Shown here: positions 38,874-47,657 of the stretch, piece by piece
Numbering within the stretch: the first letter of the stretch is position 1
How the letters are laid out: each line of letters begins with the position of its first letter
From: Dehalococcoidales bacterium
GTDB lineage: Bacteria; Chloroflexota; Dehalococcoidia; Dehalococcoidales; UBA2162
Assembly: GCA_037440885.1 (NCBI GenBank)
Contig: JBBITI010000019.1
Span: 1-56,306, forward strand
Reading direction: 5' to 3'
Length of the DNA: 56,306 bases
Notes under the pieces: model-generated
Database searches by the model: none
What the model saw: only the letters and a program-made list of their open reading frames with translations
What the model was told of the DNA's origin: nothing
Made by a program: the position numbers and the translations under genes

Positions 38874-39059
38874 TCATCCTAAGAGAACAACGGCGGCATA
38901 TACCGCAAAAACGATAATCGCCAACAACGCTACAGAGATACAGGTCCATACTAATTTCATTCGGCCGATTTTATATCCCAGATAGTCACCCAGAATAATA
39001 GCGGCGATAGCGGCTACAATGATTACCACATATCGGATCGCACTCTGCAACTCATCCAT
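38874..39059 (-). CDS. Small two-TM membrane protein
   Basis: 61 aa with two hydrophobic helices. Strong RBS AAGGAGGAG upstream. Confidence 0.6.
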   Translation of the reverse strand: MDELQSAIRYVVIIVAAIAAIILGDYLGYKIGRMKLVWTCISVALLAIIVFAVYAAVVLLG

Positions 39060-39099
39060 AGTTTCTCCTCCTTGCAGACCATATCACCCCCGGTTACTT

Positions 39100-39450
39100 T
39101 TACAAATCGACCGGCTTTATTTGTTTAAGTATTGAATGCCATTCGTAACAGTCTAACTTACCGAGTTGTTGCGCCCAACTGAAGGCGCTGTCATTCGAGT
39201 TCAAAGAGTATAGTTTAATCCCATTTTCTGTTTCAATGGTAACCATACGGTTTTCAGTTAAATACTTCAAACCGCGTTCCACAAATACACCCTGGTTTCG
39301 TAATCCATGAATAACAGCAGCGCGACTAAACCGGGTATACGGGTGTTTGCTGAAATACCTTAACAGTTCCAGCAGACTGCATCTATCGTCGTTATAATCT
39401 GCAAGACACTTGGACAACTGGTCTTCAATTACAGCAACGGAGGTGAACAT
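39100..39450 (-). CDS. Putative winged-helix protein, function unknown
   Basis: 116 aa. LLELLRYFSKHPYTRFSRAAVIHGLRNQGVFVERGLKYLTENRMVTIETENGIKLYSL looks like a wHTH (inference). RBS GGGGAGG. Confidence 0.55.
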   Translation of the reverse strand: MFTSVAVIEDQLSKCLADYNDDRCSLLELLRYFSKHPYTRFSRAAVIHGLRNQGVFVERGLKYLTENRMVTIETENGIKLYSLNSNDSAFSWAQQLGKLDCYEWHSILKQIKPVDL

Positions 39451-39498
39451 TCATGACCTCCCCGGTTTAATATCGATAATATGGCGAATCCAGGGCCA

Positions 39499-39527
39499 GG
39501 GAGCGGCAGTATCTCTCTGCCGCTCCC
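39499..39527 (-). other. GC-rich hairpin 17 nt downstream of ftsZ (no U-tract)
   Basis: GGGAGCGGCAG-tatctct-CTGCCGCTCCC is an 11-bp perfect stem. No T-run follows on the minus strand. Confidence 0.5.
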
Positions 39528-39544
39528 CTCCACTCACGGGGCAA

Positions 39545-40645
39545 TTAGCGAGTGGTGTACGTCCCGGTACGAGGCCGGGAAGTATAACTCTGCCGCTGTC
39601 TTAAAAACGACGGTACTTCGAATTCTTCTTCGGTCTTTATGGACCGTAAGGTTTTGGTTATTTCTTTTTCGCGAGCGGAGCCTGCAAATGCCTCCCTGGT
39701 GGTGAAACCGGTCGCCACTAATGTCAACCGGATCTCGTTACCCATATTAGGATCAAGGACAACACCAAAGATGACATTAGCATCAGGATCGACGGCCTGG
39801 CGGATAATTTCCGCCGCAGCGTTAACTTCGAAGAGGCTGAGACCCGGCCCGCCGGCAATGTTGAACAAGACACCTTTCGCCCCTTCCATAGAAACATCAA
39901 GCAATGGGCTTGCCAGGGCGGTCTTGGCAGCGTCTACAGCCCGGTTCTGTCCGGAGCCACGGCCGATCGACATCCAGGCCGGACCGGCATCTTTCATAAT
40001 TGCCCGGATATCGGCGAAGTCGAGATTAATCAGACCGGGAACGGTGACTACTTCAGCGATCGCCTGAACGCCATGGTATAACACTTCGTCTGCCATCTTG
40101 AAAGCACCATCGACACCGGTTTTCTGATCGCAAAGATTAAGTAGCCGGTCGTTCGGAATGATGACCAGGGTGTCAACCTTGTCCATCAATTCCTGGATAC
40201 CTTCCTCGGCGGTCCGCATCCGGTAGTTGCCTTCAAAACCAAATGGTTTGGTGACGATGGCGATAGTAAGAGCTCCACTCTGTTTCGATATTTCGGCGAC
40301 CATAGGAGCGGAACCGGTTCCGGTACCGCCACCCATACCGGCAGTAATGAAAGTCATATCGGAACCCGACATCACTTGTTTGATTTCATCCCGGCTTTCT
40401 TCGGCGGCTTTACGACCCATGAGACGATCGCCCCCGGCACCCAAACCGCGAGTAATTCTCTCACCGAGTTGAATTCGGATCGCGGCCTCAGTAATTGCCA
40501 ACGCCTGGGCATCAGTGTTCATCGATACAAATTCGACGCCACGGATTTGTTCACGAACCATGCGGGTAATTGCATTACACCCGGCACCACCAAGACCAAC
40601 AACTTTTATCTTTGCCCCACTGGGGACATAACTTGTTTTAGCCAT
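39545..40645 (-). CDS. ftsZ: Cell division GTPase FtsZ
   Basis: 366 aa. GLGGAGCNAI, tubulin signature GGGTGTGSAP, and a C-terminal peptide EVPSFLRQR. Confidence 0.97.
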   Translation of the reverse strand: MAKTSYVPSGAKIKVVGLGGAGCNAITRMVREQIRGVEFVSMNTDAQALAITEAAIRIQLGERITRGLGAGGDRLMGRKAAEESRDEIKQVMSGSDMTFITAGMGGGTGTGSAPMVAEISKQSGALTIAIVTKPFGFEGNYRMRTAEEGIQELMDKVDTLVIIPNDRLLNLCDQKTGVDGAFKMADEVLYHGVQAIAEVVTVPGLINLDFADIRAIMKDAGPAWMSIGRGSGQNRAVDAAKTALASPLLDVSMEGAKGVLFNIAGGPGLSLFEVNAAAEIIRQAVDPDANVIFGVVLDPNMGNEIRLTLVATGFTTREAFAGSAREKEITKTLRSIKTEEEFEVPSFLRQRQSYTSRPRTGTYTTR

Positions 40646-40677
40646 TAATTTCCTCCTTCTTTATTTCCTTTTCAAAT

Positions 40678-41883
40678 TTAGCGGAAGATGCGGAATATCT
40701 GCGATAATGCCTGTCTGATGCCGCTCTGAGGCACCCAGGTATGTACATTCTGGTTCCTCATCTTCCAGAGAAGCAAACCAACACTGGTGGCATAAGCCGG
40801 ATCACGCAACTGGTCAGATACCCCAAAGAGGCTTACCGGTTCACCAACCCGTACCGGCACCCGAGCGATTTCCTGGGCCAGTTCGGCAATACCGGGCAGA
40901 TTGGAAGAACCACCGGTTAGAACGAGTCCGGCGGGAATGAATTTTGAATAGTCGGTGCGTGGTAATTCCATCATGATTAACCGGACTAATTCTTCCACGC
41001 GTATACGGATAATTTCAGACAGATCACGATATGAAACTGCATGACCATCTTCGGTAAGAGTCCGGTCGGTGTCGATGGCAGTATCTGCATTCAATCCAAC
41101 ATTACCATACTTCTTTTTCATTGATTCAGCTAACTCCGGAGAAAGACCAAGACCGACCGAGATATCACGGGTGATAAGATGCCCGGCTACCGGTAGCACC
41201 GAAGTATGGCAAATCGTATCGTCTTTCAATACTGCAATGTCTGTGGTACCACCGCCGATGTCGGCGATCATGACCCCATCGATTCTTTCCTCTTCGCTGA
41301 GAACTGCTTCGGCACTGGCAAGGGGTTCCATAACGAGATCATCAATCTCGATCCCCAGACCGCGAATACATTTGGTTAAATTTTGCACTGAGGTTACCGC
41401 GGCAGTGATAATATGAGCTTCAACATCCAGTCGGAATCCATGCATACCGACCGGATTCTTGACTCCTTCCTGACCATCGACGACATACTGGCGCGGAATA
41501 ATATGCAGGACTTTGTGATCGGAAGGTACTTTAACAGTTCGGGCGACCTGCAAGACTCTCTTCAAGTCTGAAGGCCGGACTAGCTGATCACCACGAGTGA
41601 TCGCAATAACACCGTGGTTATTAACCGAAGAAATGTGGCGACCGGTGACACCGACGTAAGCTGATTCAACTTTACATCCAGCAGTGCTTTCCGCCTTGCG
41701 CACCGATTCTCGAATAGCTTCTTTTGCATCATTTACATTTACTACCAGGCCCTTCTGCAGACCCTGGGAGGGACCGATGCCAACACCGAGGATGCGAAGA
41801 GTACCTTCGGTATCAACATCTCCTAAGATAGTACATACTTTGGTTGTGCCGACATCAATGGCAGCAACCTTGGTTCTTTTCAT
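40678..41883 (-). CDS. ftsA: Cell division protein FtsA
   Basis: 401 aa. Actin-fold motifs (AAIDVGTTKV, ADIGGGTTDI) and a C-terminal amphipathic helix. Confidence 0.95.
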   Translation of the reverse strand: MKRTKVAAIDVGTTKVCTILGDVDTEGTLRILGVGIGPSQGLQKGLVVNVNDAKEAIRESVRKAESTAGCKVESAYVGVTGRHISSVNNHGVIAITRGDQLVRPSDLKRVLQVARTVKVPSDHKVLHIIPRQYVVDGQEGVKNPVGMHGFRLDVEAHIITAAVTSVQNLTKCIRGLGIEIDDLVMEPLASAEAVLSEEERIDGVMIADIGGGTTDIAVLKDDTICHTSVLPVAGHLITRDISVGLGLSPELAESMKKKYGNVGLNADTAIDTDRTLTEDGHAVSYRDLSEIIRIRVEELVRLIMMELPRTDYSKFIPAGLVLTGGSSNLPGIAELAQEIARVPVRVGEPVSLFGVSDQLRDPAYATSVGLLLWKMRNQNVHTWVPQSGIRQALSQIFRIFR

Positions 41884-41924
41884 TTTTCCTCCTTATTCTA
41901 ATATAGAGTTCGGTCGCAAATAGC

Positions 41925-42137
41925 CTAACCCCGCATTTCGCGATAGCGGACATTCCATTTGCTGCAAAGAAGATTAATGTAGTTCTTTACTTCTGGACTA
42001 GGAGCCCGGTAGAGTTCAGCCAGGAAGCCGTGCAGTAACTCTCCGCCGGTCATACCGGCAGCGGCCTCCTCAGGACCAGGCAGGTTGACATACACCATCT
42101 CTGTCATCAATTTCTGGTACTCAATTGATTGCCCCAT
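41925..42137 (-). CDS. Small hypothetical protein at the head of the ftsA-ftsZ operon
   Basis: 70 aa. RBS AAGGAGG. The stop lies 41 nt upstream of the ftsA start. No domain recognised. Confidence 0.5.
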   Translation of the reverse strand: MGQSIEYQKLMTEMVYVNLPGPEEAAAGMTGGELLHGFLAELYRAPSPEVKNYINLLCSKWNVRYREMRG

Positions 42138-42289
42138 GATTAAGATTCCTCCTTATTTAAAAATAAATTTCTCCCATGCTACCCGTTACGAAAACCATGT
42201 GCCAAAAACTGTCCTTTACTATTCCGATATCCTCCATTACCATTCCAAAAAAATATCTTTCATTACCAATAATTTTTCGTCATTACTTG

Positions 42290-42318
42290 TTGAATTAGTC
42301 GACTTATTACTATATAAT
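42290..42318 (+). promoter_or_regulatory. Candidate promoter of the DUF5343-like gene
   Basis: TTGAAT, 17 nt spacer, TATAAT. Located 29 nt upstream of the TTG start at 42347. Confidence 0.5.
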
Positions 42319-42346
42319 TACCAAAACTTATCCGAGGGGCAGAACC

Positions 42347-43078
42347 TTGGTTGCAGAACGCGGAAGAAAGCGGTTGCCACCCTATATCTCATATCGAGCG
42401 TTCCATAATTTTGTTGAGCGTCTTCAGCAGCAATTACCAGCTCGTATTGACCGTAGTTATTGGGGTGAGATGTTGTCCGGGAGTACCGGTACCCAACTGA
42501 TGGCCGCCTTACGTTTTCTCGAGTTGATCGATGAAAACGGTCGACCTACTGCACTAATGAAACCACTGGTTAATTCAAGAGGGGAACAAAGAAAGGCAGT
42601 CCTTCGAGAGATTGCATCGAAAAGTTTCGATTTCGTCTTTGGTGGAGATCTCGATCCTCAAAACGCCACCTATTCCCAATTTGAAGAGATTTTCAATGAT
42701 AAATTTCAACTAACGGGACAATTAAGCCGGAAATGTTTACGCTTTTTTATCGAACTCAGTAATGATGCCGAGATTACTTTGTCCCCGTTCATTACCAAAC
42801 GTTTTCGTTCCAGTTACACAACTACCGGTTCCAAAGTCATTACCAAAAAATTGCCCGGAGGAACCAGGGTCGTTACCAAAAGTACAAATGTAAAAACGAA
42901 TCGTAAACTGCCGGTTCCACAAGTTGATGAAGAGTCAACATTAATCAGTACATTTGATAAAATGTTACTCACAAAATTTCCGAGTTTTGATCCCGTGTGG
43001 CCAGACGACGTGAAGGCTAAATGGTTCACAGCGTTCGAGGATTTGTTGAAACGGTTCCCGTCCCAAAACAGCAAATAG
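42347..43078 (+). CDS. DUF5343-like protein (conserved, function unknown)
   Basis: 243 aa. N-terminus RLPPYISYRAFHNFVERLQQQLPARIDRSYWGEMLSGSTGTQLMAALRFLELIDENGRPT resembles my recollection of DUF5343. TTG start after GAGGGG. Confidence 0.6.
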   Translation: MVAERGRKRLPPYISYRAFHNFVERLQQQLPARIDRSYWGEMLSGSTGTQLMAALRFLELIDENGRPTALMKPLVNSRGEQRKAVLREIASKSFDFVFGGDLDPQNATYSQFEEIFNDKFQLTGQLSRKCLRFFIELSNDAEITLSPFITKRFRSSYTTTGSKVITKKLPGGTRVVTKSTNVKTNRKLPVPQVDEESTLISTFDKMLLTKFPSFDPVWPDDVKAKWFTAFEDLLKRFPSQNSK

Positions 43079-43093
43079 CCTGCATATAAAAAA

Positions 43094-43128
43094 GGGCGGA
43101 CTCATTTAAATGAGTCCGCCCTTTTTTT
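43094..43128. terminator. Strong bidirectional intrinsic terminator
   Basis: AAAAAAA-GGGCGGACTCA-tttaaa-TGAGTCCGCCC-TTTTTTT. Confidence 0.85.
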
Positions 43129-43155
43129 GTCTTATTACCTTATCGTACGTTTATT

Positions 43156-43455
43156 CTAGCCCGGTTTAACGGACCGGTAGCAGTCACTACAATATACCGG
43201 TCTTCCCTGTCGGGGCTCAAAAGGAACTTCGGTTTCTTTACCACACTGAGCACATACCGCGGCAAACAACTGGCGCTTTTGTCTCGGCCCGGCAGAAGCA
43301 TCACCACGTGCTGCTTTTCTTGCCTCCCGGCATGAAGCACAGCGTTTGGGTTCGTTGGTATACCCTTTGGAAGCGTAAAACTCCTGTTCCTGAGCACTGA
43401 AAGTAAAGGTAATACCGCAATCGGCGCATTGGATCGACTTGTCCTGGTAAGCCAT
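43156..43455 (-). CDS. Zinc-ribbon protein with duplicated CxxC...CxxC modules
   Basis: 99 aa starting at MAYQDKSIQCADCG. Two CxxC-x(16-20)-CxxC units (CADC..CASC and CAQC..CSDC). RBS GAGGAGG lies 6 nt upstream, and the track ATG at 43470 is inside that RBS. Confidence 0.75.
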   Translation of the reverse strand: MAYQDKSIQCADCGITFTFSAQEQEFYASKGYTNEPKRCASCREARKAARGDASAGPRQKRQLFAAVCAQCGKETEVPFEPRQGRPVYCSDCYRSVKPG

Positions 43456-43765
43456 GGACGACCTCCTCATTTCATTTGTGGGCTTGAGTCAGGATCATCC
43501 AACGCTTGTGTAGATGTAAAATATTGCAACAAGTATGTGATAACCTGAACTATAACCACTAAGTCGTTATTATACACATCCAGGACAATCCCCGCAAGAC
43601 TGACTAACTGTCCGACTGGCTCTAGATGCTTAGATAGTAATCCTTCGCAGCGACTACAAAGATTGCCATCTGGTTCCAAACCTTGACTTTGATATGGTTT
43701 GTCCGAAGACATCCAGTCCTGATAATATATTCCTGCAGACTAATTTAAGAGGAGTTACGAAACTG

Positions 43766-44095
43766 ATGACAAAAATAGGGATCATCCGCTGCCAGGAACA
43801 AAGTAATGACTGCGCTGGTTGGGGCTGCTTTCCCGCATTGCGTAATAAGACAGGAAGTTTTTCGAATTATGATGAGTTGGAACTGGTCGGTTTCGACACC
43901 TGTGGCGGATGTGGCCGGAATAAAGCTGATAAAATAGTGTCCCGGGCAAAACGAATGAAAGAAAAAGGGGCAGAAGTAATTCATCTGGGTGTTTGCCTGG
44001 TGCATGCCTGTCCTGCGAAAGAAATCTATCGCAAAGCAATTGAAGATAAAGGGAATATCCCTGTTATCGAAGGGACTCATCCCATTCATAAATAG
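43766..44095 (+). CDS. CGGC-domain protein
   Basis: MTKIGIIRCQEQSNDCAGWGCF...GFDTCGGCGRNKADKIV...VIHLGVC matches the CGGC domain pattern. RBS AAGAGGAG lies 11 nt upstream. Confidence 0.75.
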   Translation: MTKIGIIRCQEQSNDCAGWGCFPALRNKTGSFSNYDELELVGFDTCGGCGRNKADKIVSRAKRMKEKGAEVIHLGVCLVHACPAKEIYRKAIEDKGNIPVIEGTHPIHK

Positions 44096-44097
44096 TA

Positions 44098-44128
44098 AAG
44101 TCGGGCACCCGGCCTGAGTGCCCGACTT
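44098..44128. terminator. Hairpin between convergent genes
   Basis: AAGTCGGGCAC-ccggcctga-GTGCCCGACTT is an 11-bp perfect stem. The flanking T/A runs are short. Confidence 0.6.
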
Positions 44129-44156
44129 AATACCTATCCCAGTGATATCAACTTAA

Positions 44157-45428
44157 TCAGGAATATCTTCCGTAGCGCTTTGTTATGTCAATCATTGCTT
44201 TAACATTCTCTGGTTTCGCTTCATCAAGACACGTGGCGGTCATAATAAAACCGCCGTCTTTACCGCAAATATCGATTAGTTTCTTACAATAATTCTCGAC
44301 ATCGGTAACCGAACCAGCTTGTAGGATCGAACCGGGAACATCGATCATGAAGCAGAGATGGCCACCGAGAACAGCCTTCGCTTTTGCCGGGTCCGTCTGG
44401 GCGAAATGACACAACACTTTACCTCGAGGCAACTCGCGAATGAACTCCAGGCGCTGATCCCAGGTTCCCTCAAAGAAAGGACATGGCGTCCATCCAGCTT
44501 CGATGAGAGACAGGATCACCTTCTTTAGACCCGGCCAGTAGAATTTTTTAAATTGCGGAAGAGACATGAAACCATCAGATCCCCGATGCAAAGCCATAAA
44601 AACCCGATTCACCGCGCCCTTTGCGGGTGGCGGCATCTGCTTTATCATTTCAACAGTCTGGCGGCCGAGGGATTCACACAATTCCAGCAATTGATCCTGG
44701 TTGCGATACATGTCCAGCATCGCTCCCCGCATACCACGTAGATTGTCCGAAATCATGTCAAAAGGTGCTCCTCCCATCATGCGCGGTGTGTTGTAAGACG
44801 GAAAGCCGAGTTCAGCCAGTTCTTCTGTGAAATTAACATCGATGGTCTGCCACTTCGCCTGAAGTTTTGCTGCCTTTTGAAATCTCTGCAACATCGCAAC
44901 CATTTCCGGTCGTGTGAACTGAGCCAGGTAGAAAGCCATTCCAGTACCGCCGATCAATGAACGGAACGGTGATAGTGTAGCCAGCGGAGCGGCAGACTCC
45001 ATCACCCGGGGTAAATAGGTACGCAAAATATACCCTGAGGGGTCCCGCAGATAGGCGCCATATTCGTCGGCTCTCATTGGTTCGAGTTCAATCATCTGGT
45101 GGCTCTGGTTCTCCGGTAAACCGAAACCAGGCCACTTGATCTGTAACGGGCTAAGGAGTTCAAGGGCTTTTCCGGAAACGGTAGCAGTTTGCACCCAATA
45201 TGCATCCGGCTGAAGTTCCACAATCGTCCGGCGGTTCGCGGCTCGCCATTTTCGGGCATCATAATATACGGTAGAAAAAGGAAGTCCGCAGTATTTTGCG
45301 GCGAAATAGCCTACAAAAAGCTGCACCGGCACTCGATCCGGCACTTTCATCGCGATAGCGTCGCGAATTCGCTTATTACGCTCTGTATAGAGTTTTGCCG
45401 TATCTTTTACAACCGCTCTACTGGACAT
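44157..45428 (-). CDS. Uroporphyrinogen decarboxylase (URO-D) family protein, MtaA/CmuA-like methyltransferase fold
   Basis: 423 aa from ATG 45428 (RBS GGGAGGA 9 nt upstream). N-terminus ERNKRIRDAIAMKVPDRVPVQ is typical of the URO-D family (from recall). Confidence 0.6.
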   Translation of the reverse strand: MSSRAVVKDTAKLYTERNKRIRDAIAMKVPDRVPVQLFVGYFAAKYCGLPFSTVYYDARKWRAANRRTIVELQPDAYWVQTATVSGKALELLSPLQIKWPGFGLPENQSHQMIELEPMRADEYGAYLRDPSGYILRTYLPRVMESAAPLATLSPFRSLIGGTGMAFYLAQFTRPEMVAMLQRFQKAAKLQAKWQTIDVNFTEELAELGFPSYNTPRMMGGAPFDMISDNLRGMRGAMLDMYRNQDQLLELCESLGRQTVEMIKQMPPPAKGAVNRVFMALHRGSDGFMSLPQFKKFYWPGLKKVILSLIEAGWTPCPFFEGTWDQRLEFIRELPRGKVLCHFAQTDPAKAKAVLGGHLCFMIDVPGSILQAGSVTDVENYCKKLIDICGKDGGFIMTATCLDEAKPENVKAMIDITKRYGRYS

Positions 45429-45537
45429 ATCACTCAATCCTCCCTTATACATTCACAATAAAACACGGTCACCGGGGAAAAGTATACACTCTCAACATAT
45501 TCTACAGCAATTTATCCAGATATTAAGTATACGACTA

Positions 45538-45567
45538 TTGACAATCTCCTATAAGGAATGATATCTT
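45538..45567 (+). promoter_or_regulatory. Candidate promoter upstream of binding protein 1
   Basis: TTGACA, 18 nt spacer, TATCTT, with a TG extended -10 (TGaTATCTT). It would give a leader of about 210 nt. Confidence 0.35.
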
Positions 45568-45784
45568 GAGTCACGGCTGCAACATGGGACAATGTTGTAT
45601 CAGTACAGAACCGGGACAAACCAGACTCGATATTTGGTCAGGATAAGAAAACGATATTCAGGTTATGATTTGTCCTTTTCTTCAATTCGCATTAAATGAA
45701 ATGCAGGAGGTGCGGTAATCATCGAAGAATAACAAGAATGTAAAAGTCTTGAAAAATTATAAAAATGATTGAGGAGGGAAAGCA

Positions 45785-47599
45785 TTGCAAAAGAAAGTCT
45801 TGTGCGTTTTATCCGGTATCTTGTTGTTAACGATGTTATCCGCAGTTGCCTGCAAACCGGGAGAAAGTGCGCCGACTACTACCAAACCACCGACACAGAC
45901 CACTGCTACTACCAAACCACCGACTGCTACTACTGCTCCATCAGAAAAACCGCAGTACGGCGGAACCCTGAATATCATTGCTACTACTAATATTGAAATC
46001 TTCGGCGCCGCAGTGTCCAATCGCGGTGCCAGTGACGTATTTCAACTGGAACAGATTACACATATAGACCGCACCATCGGTCCCGCCGGCAGCGGTAAAG
46101 TCGATTATACTTACGGCCCAACGGCAATGTCCGACGTGATCGGATTGCTTGCCGAAAGCTGGTCGACTCCGACGACGGACACATGGGTACTGGACATCCG
46201 CAAGGGAGTCCGCTTCGCTTTGAACCCCGATAATGCTGCCAGCAAACTGGTCAACGGACGTGAGATGACTGCGGAAGATGTGGCTTTCAGCATCGAATAT
46301 CTCAGGGACACGCCAACTTCATGGGTCAACATTGCGGAACCGACATTGATCAAAAACGCGACAGTGCAGAGAACAGGACCCTGGCAAATCACCGTTAAAA
46401 CTCCGGTTTCGCCCAATACTGCTTATCTGTGGATAATGGGCGGCGGCGGAAGCCAGTTTGTCTGGCCCAAAGAAATGCTTCAGAGATACGGAACCAGCAA
46501 CGAATGGCGGGACCAGGTAGGAACCGGGCCTTTCATTCTGAAAGACTGGGTGTCCGGCAGTGTAGCCAGCCTGGTAAAGAACCCCAACTACTGGATGACG
46601 AACCCGGTCGGACTGGGTAAGGGCGATAAACTGCCCTATCTCGATAAAGTCAAATACTTCATTATCCCCGATCTTTCGACACAGATTGCCGCGATGAGAT
46701 CGGGTAAAGCCGACTGGCCGGTAGGAACCATGACCTGGGATGACGGCCAGACTCTGCTCAGAACGAATCCCAATATGAAATTCATCAACGTAATCAGCGA
46801 TCCTCTCCAGGTCGGGATGCGCAGAGACAAGGCAGACAAACCTTACAAGGATATCAGGGTCCGCCATGCTCTCATGCTGGCTACAGACCAGCCTGGCATC
46901 CTCAAGACTTTATATAGCGGCCAGGGCGAAATACTCGACAGCCCGGCGAGAAAGTTATATCCCACCGTCTACACCCCACTTGAACAACTGCCAGAATCAA
47001 CACGCGAACTTTACGGATACAATCCAGAGAAAGCGAAAGCCCTCCTGACGGAGGCCGGATACCCCAACGGGTTCAAGGCACAAATGATAATCCAGAGTAC
47101 GACTTTAAACCAGGACATGGCTGAGATCATTAAAGCACAATGGGCAAAAGTGAACGTAGACGTGGAAATCCAACCCAGAGAACCCGGTGTTTTCATGTCT
47201 ATCTGGGCACCGCGCAACTTTGATGATTTGTTGCTCACTTCTTTCTGCGGCGGGAATGCTGCTTTGTTCGTTCGTTACAGCTTCGGTTATTTCCGCGGTC
47301 CCAACAGCTTTAATATCAGCAGGGTCAACGACCCGATAGGAACCGATCCAGTAGTGGAAGCCGCCTTCAAAGCCCAGGAAAAAGTGATCAACGTTGATTT
47401 CGCCGCCTGTGATAAATTGATGAAAGACCTGATACCCTACTTACTGCAAAATGCTTTTCTTATCCCGATGCCGGCGCCTAACGTCTACAGGATGTGGCAA
47501 CCGTGGTTAAAAAACTATTATGGTGAAGGAGCAACCAAGTACTGGATTCAGTATTGCTGGATCGACCAGGCTCTTAAGTCCAAGATGACCGGACAATAA
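45785..47599 (+). CDS. ABC transporter substrate-binding lipoprotein, family 5 (peptide/nickel type)
   Basis: 604 aa. TTG start 6 nt after GAGGAGGG. Signal peptide ending AVAC and a Thr/Pro-rich linker. Core motifs include VNGREMTAEDVAFSIEY and GTGPFILKDW. Confidence 0.9.
   Translation: MQKKVLCVLSGILLLTMLSAVACKPGESAPTTTKPPTQTTATTKPPTATTAPSEKPQYGGTLNIIATTNIEIFGAAVSNRGASDVFQLEQITHIDRTIGPAGSGKVDYTYGPTAMSDVIGLLAESWSTPTTDTWVLDIRKGVRFALNPDNAASKLVNGREMTAEDVAFSIEYLRDTPTSWVNIAEPTLIKNATVQRTGPWQITVKTPVSPNTAYLWIMGGGGSQFVWPKEMLQRYGTSNEWRDQVGTGPFILKDWVSGSVASLVKNPNYWMTNPVGLGKGDKLPYLDKVKYFIIPDLSTQIAAMRSGKADWPVGTMTWDDGQTLLRTNPNMKFINVISDPLQVGMRRDKADKPYKDIRVRHALMLATDQPGILKTLYSGQGEILDSPARKLYPTVYTPLEQLPESTRELYGYNPEKAKALLTEAGYPNGFKAQMIIQSTTLNQDMAEIIKAQWAKVNVDVEIQPREPGVFMSIWAPRNFDDLLLTSFCGGNAALFVRYSFGYFRGPNSFNISRVNDPIGTDPVVEAAFKAQEKVINVDFAACDKLMKDLIPYLLQNAFLIPMPAPNVYRMWQPWLKNYYGEGATKYWIQYCWIDQALKSKMTGQ
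45876..45924 (+). repeat. 19-nt exact direct repeat (30-nt period) encoding the TTKPPT linker
   Basis: CTACTACCAAACCACCGAC occurs at 45876..45894 and again at 45906..45924. Confidence 0.8.
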
Positions 47600-47620
47600 C
47601 CGGTATCGTCCAGTCAAAAA

Positions 47621-47657
47621 AGAACGGGGGCACACTCGCAGCCCCCGTTCTTTTTTT
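47621..47657 (+). terminator. Intrinsic terminator
   Basis: AGAACGGGGGC-acactcgca-GCCCCCGTTCT followed by TTTTTT, located 22 nt after the stop. Confidence 0.85.

Noticed and set aside
43467-43712. 81-aa minus-strand ORF in the spacer between the zinc-ribbon and CGGC genes.
   Set aside because: Its 3' end runs into the RBS of the zinc-ribbon gene. It has no RBS of its own and fills a divergent promoter region. It is probably spurious.
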